DNA of 64,000 nucleotides from Squalus acanthias (taxonomy: Eukaryota). The notes below the pieces were generated by a model, which made no database searches, was not told the origin of the DNA, and was given only the letters and a program-made list of their open reading frames with translations. The stretch's first letter is position 1. Each line of letters opens with the position of its first letter. Positions 11,421 through 22,614 of this stretch are shown in pieces. The stretch lies in contig JASTWF010000034.1 in assembly GCA_030390025.1 (NCBI GenBank), forward strand, positions 1,550,001 through 1,614,000. The letters run 5' to 3'. The translations under genes and the position numbers were made by a program.

Positions 11421-12145
11421 CTTAACCTTCGCTGCTCTAAAAAGAACAATCCCAGCTTCTCCAGTCTCTCCACGAAACTGAAGTCCGAGATCCCTGGTAC
11501 TATTCTGGGCAATCTCCTCTACACCTTCTCTAATCCTTGACATGCTTGCCCAAGAAAGTGTTCAGAATTGGACACAATACTCCAGATGGGGACTAGCCAA
11601 TGATTTATAAAAGGTTAGCATTTCTTCCTGGATTTTGTTACTCTGTGTTTCTGTTTGTAAAGCCAAGGACTCCGTATTCTTTATTAACAGCCATCACAAC
11701 TTGTCCTGCCACCCTCAAAGATTTATGTAAGTACGTCCCAGGTCTGTCTGATCACGCACCCGCTTTAAAATCGTACCGTTTAGTTTATATTGCCTCTGCT
11801 CTTGCTTCCTACCAACATGAATCTCCTCACCCTTCTCTGTGTTAAATTGTATCTGCATGCGTCTGCCCATTTCACCAGTCTGTCTATGCTCTCCTGAAGT
11901 CTGTTACTTTCCTTCTCACTGTTTATTAATATTTCCGAGTTTGAAATTATGTGCTGTATACCGAAGTCCATGGCATTGCTATACAAGAAAGGAGCAACGG
12001 TCCCAACACCGACCCCTGCGGAACACCAGTGTAGACTGAGCCTGAAAAACAACCGTTTAACACTGCTCTCTGCTTTCTGTCTCTTAGCCAATTTCCGAGC
12101 CATGTTGCCACTGCCACTTTAATCCCATGGGCTTCAATTTAGGTA
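11421..12145 (-). mobile_element. CR1 LINE ORF2 fragment
   Basis: Minus strand RLQESIDRLVKWAD and ggtgttccgcaggggtcggtgttggga (GVPQGSVLG). Confidence 0.75.
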
Positions 12146-12329
12146 TTATGTGGGAATTTATCAAGCACCTTTTTAAAGGACAGGGACATTGGGAAAGTAT
12201 TGGCAATAGCAATCATATAATCATAGAATTGGTGAGCCAAGTTGTGAGACAATTTGTGTAGCAGAGCAAGATTCTGATCACAGGCCTTGCCTGGTTTCAA
12301 TCAGTGAATTACAAAATCATTGACTGTAT

Positions 12330-12615
12330 TCCTATTTTATTATTTCTATCTATTTGTTCTCAGGATATGGGTGACACTCTCAAGGCTGGTATTAATTGCC
12401 CATCCCTAGTTACCCACGAGAAAATGCTGGGCCTTCATCTTGAGCCGCTGCAGTCCGTGCGGCGAAGGTGCTCCCAAAATACTGCACGTGGATGAACATT
12501 TTAAAATTGAGCCATTGCCGGACCGGGAGCCAATGTAGGTCAGCGAGCACAGGGGTGATGGGTGAACGGGGACTGGTGCGAGTTAGGACACGGACAGCAG
12601 AGTTTTGGATGAGAC
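12330..12615 (-). mobile_element. HER1/HE1-type LINE tail (about 12330-12490) abutting an L2 3' fragment (about 12490-12615)
   Basis: ttgcccatccctagttaccc tail shared with 57230-57260; IQNSAVRVLTRTSPRSPITPVLADLHWLPV is an L2 C-terminal motif. Confidence 0.6.
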
Positions 12616-13129
12616 AGAAATGCATGTAATTAATTTTAGATACAACTCTTATATAACTCCCCACCACTCGAGCAATCTGTATCAGAAGATAACAAATGAC
12701 TTGAATGGAATGAAGCCGAGTCTTTGAGAGGCAAAGTCTTAATTCAATTCATCAGCAGGCTGTGACATTTCATATCTGTCGATGTCTGCAGACAATGGCC
12801 GAGCAATGTGTCTCGGGCGGTGGGTTAAACGGGTGGTATCGGATCGGGCGCCCGTTACACGCTGCGCCTGATATTCAGTTCCAATGCAGTCAATGACTGA
12901 TTTCTAGGCCTAGGACTTCAATTCTTAACACTAGTTTTCCAGCAAAGGTTTCTCCATAACTCAGTGAAGCCACTTCGTCAAAGAACAAGTCTCAGTAATC
13001 CTGCACCATCAACACCCCTGTGGATCCAAAATCCATGGTCCCCTGTTAAAAACAAACTCCATTCTGCCTCTTCTTAATTGTATAGCATGCAATGAACACC
13101 TAAACAAGAGGGCGGAGCCACAGTCAGTG

Positions 13130-14195
13130 AGACAGAAACATTCACACAGGCTTTTTAAAGAGACAGGACCAATCACACAGGCTTTCGAAAGAGACAGGAG
13201 TAGACACACAGGCTTTCGAAAGAGACAGGGCCTGACACACAGGTTTTTTGAAGAGACTGGTCCAATCACACAGGGTTTCTAAAGAGACAGGACCAGTCAC
13301 ACAGGCTTTTTAAAGAGACAGGGCCAGTCACACAGGCTTTTTAAAGAGACAGGGCCAGTCACACAGGCTTTTTAAAGAGACCGGACGAGTCACACAGGCA
13401 TATTTAAGAGACAGGACCAGTCACACAGGCTTTCTAAAGAGATAGGAGCAGTCACACAGGCTTTCTAAAGAGACTGGTCCAATCACAGAGGCTTTTTAAA
13501 GATACAGGACCAGTCCAACAGGCTTTTTAAAGAGAGAGGACCAGTCACACAGGCTTTCTAAAGAGACTGGTCCAATCACACAGGCTTTTTAAAGAGATAG
13601 GATCAGTAACACAGGCTTTCTAAAGAGACTTGTCCAATCACACAGGCTTTTTAAAGAGAGAGGACCAGTAACACAGCCTTTTTAAAGAGAGAGGGCCAGT
13701 CACACAGGCTTTCTAAAGAAACTGGTCCAATCACAGGCTTTTTAAAGAGATAGGACTAGTAACACAGGCTTTCTAAAGAGACTGGTCCAATCACACAGGC
13801 TTTTTAAAGAGACAGGACCAGTAACACAGCCTTTTTAAAGAGAGAGGACCAGTCACACAGGCTTTTTAAAGAGACAGGACCAGTCACACAGGCTTTTTAA
13901 AGAGACAGGACCAGTCACACAGGCTTTTTAAAGAGACAGGACCAGTCACACAGGCTTTCTAAAGAAACTGGTCCAATCACACAGGCTTTTTAAAGAGATA
14001 GGACCAGTAACACAGGCTCTCTAAAGAGACTGGTCCAATCACATAGGCTTTCTAAAGAGACAGGACCAATCGCACAGGCCTTTTAAAGAGACAGGACTAG
14101 TAACACAGGCTTTTTAAAGAGACAGGGCCAGTCACACAGGCTTTCTCAAGGGACACGTCTAGTCACTCAGGCTTTTTAAAGAGTCAGGACCAGCG
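13130..14195. repeat. Minisatellite, 31-bp unit aagagacaggaccagtcacacaggcttttta, about 34 copies
   Basis: Directly visible tandem array. Confidence 0.95.
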
Positions 14196-14289
14196 AGAAC
14201 GGATTTTTAAAAAGGCAAAGCCCTGCAAAGAAAAGGGCCTAGAAATTGTGATTTTTTAAATTCTTGAGTTTAATTCTGTTAAGTTAGTT

Positions 14290-14875
14290 AATAGTCTATT
14301 AAAAAGTGGCATGGCACTGCACCCCAGTCCCGTGGAATGCACATGTGGGTGCTCCAGGACACTTCCCATAGGTTTCGGAGCTTGAACAGCAGCTGGCATC
14401 ACTGCTGTGCATCCGTGAGGCTGAGAGCTACGTGGATAGCACGTTTCAGGAGGTGGTCACCCCGCAGTATACGAGTGTGCGGGCAGAGAGGGAATGGGTG
14501 AACGTCAGACAGACAAAGTGGACCAGGCAGGTAGTGCAGGAGCTCCCCTGAGTCTATTTCACTCTCTAACCAGTGTTCAATTTTCCCTCTGAGGAGTCCA
14601 AGTCCACGGTAACACGGGTGGTTCCGCTGTAGGTGGGGGAAGAGGAAGATCGGGAAAGCAATAGTGATAGGATATTCGATAGTTAGGGGAACAGACAAGC
14701 CTTTCTTTGCCCGCAGACGTGACTCCAGGATGAGATGTTGCCTCCCTGGTGCCAGGGTCAAGGATGTCACTGAGTGGCTGCAGAACATTCTGAGGGGGCA
14801 GGGTGAACAGACTGACGTCGTGGTCCATATCGGTATCATCGAAGTAGGTAGAAAGAGGGATGTGATCCTGCAGGC
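14290..14875 (+). mobile_element. CR1 ORF1 fragment (coiled coil plus SGNH esterase)
   Basis: IVIGYSIVRGTDKPF...CCLPGARVKDV...VVVHIG, homologous to ORF1 at about 18790-19757. Confidence 0.8.
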
Positions 14876-14899
14876 CGATTTTCCTCTTCATCCTCCTCC

Positions 14900-15581
14900 T
14901 CCTTCTCCTTCTCCTCATCCTCCTACTCCTCAGGTGGTGAACCAATCCCTGGTGGCAATGGCTGGGTCCTCATGATTGCAATGTTATGAAGCATGCAGCA
15001 CAAAACAATGAAGAGGGATACTCGCTCGGCTTCTCCTGAATGGTCCAGACACCGGAACCGTTGTTTCAAGACACGGATCGAGTGCTCAATGTGGTTCCTG
15101 GTGAAGTTATGGCTCTCATTGTATTGCAGCTCGGCAGGCGTGTTGGGGTTACGGAGCAGTGGCATCAACCAGGTGCAGAGTGGATAACCCTTTTCCCCGA
15201 GGAGCCATCCACTAGGTTGACACGGTGGTTGGAAGAGGTCTGCGAGACCGGTCTGGCGCAGGATAAAAGTATCGTGGCTGCTGCCAGCATAGCGGGCATT
15301 GACGGCGAGTATGAGCTGTCTGTGTTCATAGACCAACTGGACATTCAGAGAGTGGAAGCCCTTGTTGATGCGGAACATCTCTGCATTCTCATGAGGTGCC
15401 GAGAATACCACTTGCATGCAGTCAATGGCGATCTGAACTAAGGGGAAGCCCACTATCCTCGCACAGCCACATGCGCATTCATGCTGTTTGTCCCGGGTCA
15501 TGGGGAGAGATGTACTGGCGTCTCATCTTATAAAAAGCCTTTGTCACCTCCAGGATGCAACAATGAACAGCGAACTGGAAG
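14900..15581 (-). mobile_element. Harbinger/PIF (HARBI1-like) transposase, C-terminal half, degenerate
   Basis: GFPLVQIAIDCMQV, NKGFHSLNVQLV, GSSHDTFIL, LLGEKGYP, YNESHNFTRNHIEHSIRVLKQRFRCL, CCMLHN. Confidence 0.9.
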
Positions 15582-18500
15582 AACGTAAGAACATAGGTAC
15601 ATAAGAAATAGGAGCAGGAGTAGGCCAATTAGCCCCTCGAGCCTGCTCCACCATTCAATAAGAACATGGCTGATCTGATACTAACCACCAATCTACTATC
15701 ACAGAACCATCTCCTGAACGTAACAGAATTGGACACATGAAATAGGAGCAGGATCAGGCTACACAGCTCCTGGGCCCGCTACGCTACCCACAGGGCCATG
15801 ACCGATCCGAACCTAGACTCCTGTCCAAATTCCTGCCCGCTCCCCGTAACCCTTAATTCCCTTTACTTCTAGGAAACTGTCTATTTCTGTTTTAAATTTA
15901 TGTAATGATGTAGCTTCTACAGCTTTTTGGGGCAGCATATTCCATGGACCTACCAACCTCTGAGTGAAGTAGTTCCTTCTCATCTCAATTTTGAAAGAGC
16001 AGCCCCTTATTCTAAGACTATGCCCCCTAGTTCTAGTTTCACCCATCATTGGGAACATCCTCCCTGCATCCACCCGATCAAGCCCCTTCACAATCTTATA
16101 TGTTTCAATCAGATCGCCTCTCATTCTTTTTAACTCCAATGAGTAGAGTCCCAATCTACCCAACCTCTCCTCATATGTCCATCCCCTCATCCCCGGGATT
16201 AACCTAGTGAAACTTCTTTGTACTGACTTGAGAGCAAGTATGTCTTTTCTTAAGTATGCACACCAAACTGTATGCAGTATTCCAGGTGCGGTCTCACCAA
16301 TACCTTGTACAACTGAAGCAATACCTCACTATTTTTATATTCAATCCCCCTAGCAATGAAAGCCAACATTCCATTGGCCTTCTTAATCACTTGCTGCACC
16401 TGCATACTAACCTTTTGAGTTTCGTGCACCAGGACCCCCAGATCCCTTTGTACTTCAGTACTTTCCAGTTTCTTGCCATTAAGATAATAACTTGCTCTAC
16501 TATTTTTCCTGCCAAAGTGCATAACCTCACACTTTCCAGTATTGTACTCCATCTGCCAAATCTCTACCCACTTACTTAGCCTGTCTATGACCCCTTGGGG
16601 ATTTTTTATGTATTCCTCACTCACTACTTTCCCTCCCATCTTAGTATCATCTGCAAACTTTGATATGTTACACTCGGTCCCCTCCTCCAAATCGTTCATT
16701 TTGATTGTAAAGAGTTGAGGACACAGGACTGACCCCTGCGGAACACCACTAGTTACTGATTGCCAGTCTGAAAATGAACCATTTATCCCAACTCTAAGCC
16801 TTCTGTTAGATAGCCAATCCTCCATCCATGCCAGAATATTACCCCCAATTCCGTGATTTTTTATCTTAAGCAATAATCTTTTGTGTGGCACCTTGTCAAA
16901 TGCCTTTTGGAAGTCTAAATACACCACATCCACTCGTTCACCTTTATCCACCCTGTATGTTACTTCCTCAAAGAACTCCAGCAAATTTGTCAAACATGAC
17001 TTCTCCTTCATAAAACCATGCTGACTTTGTCCTATTAAATTATGATTATCCAAATGTCCCGTTACTGTCTCCTTAATAATGGACTCCAAAATGTTACCTA
17101 CCACAGATGTTAGGCTAACCGGTCTATAGTTTCCCGCCTTCTGTCTACTACCCTTTTTAAATAAGGGTGTTACATTAGCAGTTTTCCAGTCTGCCGGGAT
17201 CTTTGCTGAGTCCAGGGAGTTTTGGAAAATTACTACCAATGCATCCACAATCCCTACCGCCACTTCCCTCAAGACCCGAGGATGTAAGCCATCAGGTCCA
17301 GGTGATTTATCCGTCTTGAGTCCCATTATTTTACCGAGTACCACTTCCTTAGTGATTTTGATCGTGTTTAGCTCCTACCCCCCTATAGCCCCCTGTTGGT
17401 TCAGTGTTGGGATATTCTTAGTGTCCTCTACTGTAAAGACTGATACAAAATATTCATTCTGTGTATTTGCCATCTCCATATTTCCCACCATTAATTTCCA
17501 GGTCTCATCCTCTAAGGGACCAACATTTACTTTAGCCACCCTTTTTCTTTTTATATAACTATAAATATTCTTACTATCTGTTTTTATATTTTTTGCTAAT
17601 TTACTTTCATAATCTATCTTCCCTTTCTTAATCAATCTTTTTGTTATTTTTTGCTGTCATTTAAAGTTTTCCCAATTCTCTATCCTCCCACTAGATTTGG
17701 CTACCTTATAAGACCTTGTTTTTAGTCGAATACTATCCTAAATGTCTTTACTTAGCCACGGAAGACTGTCTTTTCTTTCACAACCTTTTCTTCTCAGTGG
17801 AATAAATATTTCTTGGAAATTGTAAAATAACTCCATAACTGTACACCACTGATCATGTATCGTCTTACCCTTTAATCTATTTTCACAATCCTCACTTCTC
17901 AATTCCGCTCGCATTCCTTCATAGTATCCTTTATTCCAGCTTAGCACACTTGTTTGAGATCCAACCTTCTCACCCTCTAATTGAATATGGAATTCAACCA
18001 TGTTATGATCACTCATTCCAAGGGAATCCTTTACTAGGACATTTTTAATTAATCCTGTCTCGTTACACAGGACCAGATCTAAGGTTGCTTGCCCCCTGGT
18101 TGGTTCAGTTACATACTGCTCAAGAAACCCATCCCTAATACACTCAATGAACTCATCCTCAAGGCAGCCCTGCCCAATTTGATTTGTCCACTTAATATGA
18201 TAGTTGAAATCCCCCATAATTATAGATGTTCCCTTATTACAAGCCTCAACTATTTCCTGATTGATACTCCTTCCAACAGAGTTGCAAATGTTCGGAGGCC
18301 TATAGACTACGCCCACTAGTGTTTTTTCCCCTTATTTTTCCTTATCTCCACCCAAACTGTTTCATTATCCTGATCTTTTGACCCAATATCATTTCTCTGT
18401 ATTACAGTGATTCCTTCTTTTATTAACATGGCCACCCCACCTCCCCTTCCTTCCTGCCTGTCCTTCCTGATCGTTAAATAACCTGGTGTGTTTAATTCCC

Positions 18501-20548
18501 AGGCATTGTCACCTTGCAGCCATGTTTCTGTAATGGCCACAAGATCGTACCCATATGTAGATATTTGTGCCATTAACTCGTCTATTTTGTTACCAATGCT
18601 ACGTGCATTCAGATAGAGAACTTTCAAATATGTTTTGTGATACTTAGTTCCTGCTTTTGCCCTTTTTATTACTTTAGCTTTTACTCCATACCTTGTGCCC
18701 CTTCCTGACACACTCTGGTATTTAATTTCCCCACTGCTACCTAAGTCTATGACCTTCTCTGTTGTCATTTTTATTATTTGCTCTCTAGGAACCTCCCCCC
18801 AACTAGTTAGTTTAAAGCCCTTTCTACAGCCCTAGTTATATGATCCGCCAGGACTCTAGTCCCAGCACTGGCCAAGTGAAGCCCGTACCAACGGAACAGC
18901 TCCCTCCTGCCCCAGTACTGGTGCCAGTGCCCCAGGAAGCAAAACCCATTTCTCTCACACCAGTCTTTGAGCCACTCATTTAACTCTCATTTTATTTGTC
19001 CTAGCCAAATTCGGTCGTGGCTCAGGTAATAATCCAGAGATTATTACCCTTGAGGTTCTGTTTTTTAATTTGAACCCTAGCTGCTCATAATCCTTTAACT
19101 GAACCGGCTTCCTTGTCCTATCTACGTTGTTTGTACCAACAGGGACCACGACAACTGGATCCACCCCCTCTACTGCAAGTTTATTTGCAGCCCAGAGGAG
19201 ATGTCCTTAACCCTGGCACCGGGCAGGCAACACAGCCTACGGGACTCTCGCTCTCGGCTGCAGAGAACTCTATCTATCCCCCTAATAATACTATCCCCTA
19301 TCACTAGAACATTTCTATTTACTCCCCCCTCTTGAATGGCCCCCTGTCCCACAGTGCTGTGGCCAGGTTGCTCATCCTCCCTGCAGTCCCCGCTTCCGTC
19401 CCCACAGGGAGTAAGAGCCCCGAACCTGTCGGACAAGAGCAAGGGCTGCGGCTCCTCCAACACTACCTCCTGGATCCCCGTACCTGCCTCACTCGTAGTC
19501 ACATCGTCCTGCCCCTGACCATGGGCTACATCTGAATTAATTAACTTCATAGGTGTGACCACCTCCTGAAACACAAAGTCCAGGTACTTCTCCCCCTCCC
19601 TGATGTGTCGCAGTGGCCGAAGCTCAGACTCCAGCTCATCAACACGGAGCTGGAGTACCTGTAGCAGCAGACACTTGTCACAGATGTAATCACCGTGAGC
19701 CTCAATGGGTTCCACCGGCTCCCACATCTCGCAATAGTAACACATCACCTGCTCCATTCTATGTAATTAATTAAATTTTTGATTGTTAGTTATGGACACT
19801 CTCTGCCCGATTATAGATGCCAGTATCCCCTCTAATTAATTGGATTTAAATTAAATCAATCCCTCTAAATTACACCAGTTAAATCTTTTACCAACAGTCA
19901 CTCTCCACCAGAAAGGCATTATTAACTACAACCCACAGAGTTTAAGTTTAAAATGTGAGAAATACTCACCAACCAATTACTTACCTGCTTTCTGGTGACG
20001 TCACACCTCGATTATTTTTACCTCTCTCCCTCCCTCAGAGTTCGGAGACTGGTCCCGCCTTACCTGGTCTCTGGAGACTTTTAAACCCTCTGCCGCCGCC
20101 TCGCCTCACGCAGGTCCGCCGCCGCAGCAGGAAGCTGACAAAGATGGAAAAAGGAAGGCACACCTCCCTCCCTGAACTCCCTCACTCACCAAACTCGCAG
20201 CTTAGCACTCTGTTCCAAATCTGGACTCCGTGACAAACTGCACTCTAGTCTCCCATATTTATACTGCTGAGATTTAAATAAGTGAGCTATCTGGCAGTTA
20301 CAGAACGAGATTAGACCAGTTAATTAATTAATTGCTATCACCTGCTCTCCAGCACAGAGCAGGCTTAGCCCTGCCAAAGCCTGGAAGAAACTTAAAACTT
20401 GAAACAGTAAATTTAAATGCTAATTGCAAGCACACAAGACTAGAATTTATAAAAAATTATAAAAATAAGAGATTAACCTTTAAGATTTACTCCCTCACTC
20501 ACCAAACTCGCAGCTTAGCACTCTGTTCCAAATCTGCACTCCGTGACC
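15582..20548 (-). mobile_element. Near full-length CR1 LINE (5' UTR, ORF1, ORF2, 3' tail) with several disablements
   Basis: ORF1 from 19757: CxxC...CxxC, leucine zipper, GDSIIRGID/GARVKD esterase. ORF2 from 18768: endonuclease YLNARS, ITETW, GDFN, SDH; RT YLDFQKAFDKV, PQGSVL, KFADDTK. 3' tail of aagaacat-type repeats at 15582-15610. Confidence 0.95.
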
Positions 20549-20850
20549 ATATTCAATATGTCCCCAGTAGAAGCCTGAAAGGAACCGCTGACTTAGAAAT
20601 TCAGAGCCATTGTCACCTTCACTGCCACCGACAGAGATGTCCTGGTCCTGAGCGGAGGCTGCAGATCTGGTTGCAGGAGGCGGCAGAGCTCAGTGATCAC
20701 CTCATTGCTGAAGCACAGCCTTTGGAAACACTGCTCCTCTGACAAATGGATATAGGAGGATCATTGCTCCCTGAATACCATGGGAGGGGTAGGTCTCATG
20801 TGCAGAGCCCTGTTGGCCCTACTCCCTCTTGCCATTCACTCTCTGCGACG
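20549..20850 (-). mobile_element. Harbinger transposase N-terminal part; continuation of 14900-15581
   Basis: Reverse complement matches 63040-63345; aagcctgaaaggaaccgctgacttagaaattcagagcc is identical in both. Confidence 0.85.
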
Positions 20851-21657
20851 TTAGGTGGCATTTGCCTGTGGGATAAGTCGTCTGATTTCGATGCTGACAA
20901 ATGCACTTAGTGGGGCATTACCTGGTCAATCATAACTATTTACCTTAATTCAGAGTCCATTATATGCAATGTTACTTGGCAAATCTTCCTTTCAATCAGC
21001 TTATAAGTTGTGTATTTCAACAAAAATGCAGAAAACACAATCTTCAAAACATATCTGATAGCCCAGTTATCTTTCTAACTGCAGTGCAGTTGTATTTATT
21101 ATTATCTTAGCATTGTCATATTACATCCGTACATTTTACATACAATTGCCTGTAATTATTGCACGCCAACGTTGCAGTTTCTGTATTTTGCTGTTGCATT
21201 CATTTTCAGTTCTATATATAATGGATATTCTAACCAGGAGCAGGAATCCAAGCGGGATTTCCCACTCCCCTAACACAGGGGCACAGAAGCGAATTTCACC
21301 ACTCCAAATGCTGACTGATCCCGGGATACGAAGCCTTCCTGAGAGGTTCCGGTCCTTTGTGTCCCTGGTACCTCGGGCGGTGCTTTTGTCTGCTGGGCTA
21401 AAGTTCGATCGATCATTTAATCTCTCCGTCATCAAATATCTGTTAATTTGCTATTGTATTTATTCCTATTACAGTTATTGATTCCACAATGCATTTCCGA
21501 TTATTCTTCTCCTGTATTCAGTTCCACAGGTATTAGAATTAGATTATTTCATTGAATGTCGGTAATGAGTTGCAGAATTCAGCCCGAATTCCATCAAACT
21601 GCTGCTTTTGCTCCCAGCCTGATGTATAATGTCCCTGTTTATTTCCCTTCCTCACAG

Positions 21658-22559
21658 TTAACTTAGTGACGGTTGTGATCCTGTCTCAGGGAAAGTGCGG
21701 TCTCTCCAAATGTGTCACTCGCTACCTGGTGGCCATGGCAGCGGCGGATCTACTGGTCGTTATCCTCGACCTGATATTGAGGCACATTCCCATTGTTTAT
21801 TGGGAACAATTTTATTTCGTGGTGTACATCCCCGTGTGTAATATCCACGCCGTCCTACTTTATGCAGCCACAGACTGTTCAGTCTGGTTCACCGTCACTT
21901 TCACCTTTGATCGATTTGTGGCCATTTGTTGCCAGAAGCTGAAAACTAAATATTGCACCGAGAAAACGGCGGCTGTGGTTCTGGGAACAGTGACTGTGCT
22001 GAGCGGTTTAAAGGACATCTCCTGGTATTTTATGATCACAAATCGGTATAGGCTTCTGAACGACCCCTGGTTTTGTGAGTTCACAAACGATGTTCTGTAT
22101 TCACGGGTCTGGGCATCAATCGAGTTCCTCCATTATATTCTCACCCCGTGTGTCCCATTTGCAGTGATTCTGCTGCTCAATGCTGTCACCGTTAGACACA
22201 TTTTAGTGGCCAGCAGAGCCCGCAGGAGACTCCGGGGTCCCAGCAGTGGGGAGAGTCCCAGAGATCCAGAGATGGCGAGCCGCAGGAAATCCATCATTTT
22301 ACTGCTTGTTATCTCCGGCAATTTCATCCTGTTATGGGCAGTGTTTATGGTGTTTTCCATATCGTGGCGGATGTGGAATTTGGGGTATCAGTCTGTATAT
22401 CTACCAGTTTATGTACAGGAATTGGGATTCATGCTGCAGCTGCTGAGTTGCTGCACAAACACTGGTATTTACACCGTGACCCAGACTAAGTTCAGAGAGC
22501 AGTTGAAGAATGTGGGGAAATATCCCTTTACTCTGATTGTAAAATTCATTAAAGGATGA
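21658..22559 (+). CDS. GPR139-like: Gene B exon 2: TM1 end to TM7 and C-tail of a GPR139-like class A GPCR (spliced protein 360 aa)
   Basis: Acceptor tttcccttcctcacAG ends at 21657; frame open to TGA at 22557-22559. Motifs MAAADLL (TM2), C..HAVL (TM3), TFDRFVAIC, ECL2 Cys (PWFC), LLW (TM6), NTGIY (TM7) and KFR helix 8. Confidence 0.93.
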
Positions 22560-22614
22560 GAAGAAGCGGAGACTTTGCAGTCTGAGTGTTGACAGTTCCC
22601 TGGGCCTGATATTG

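Noticed and set aside
14923..15501. Host HARBI1 gene
   Set aside because: Stops, frameshifts, a CR1 insertion and multiple copies indicate a dead transposon, not the domesticated gene.
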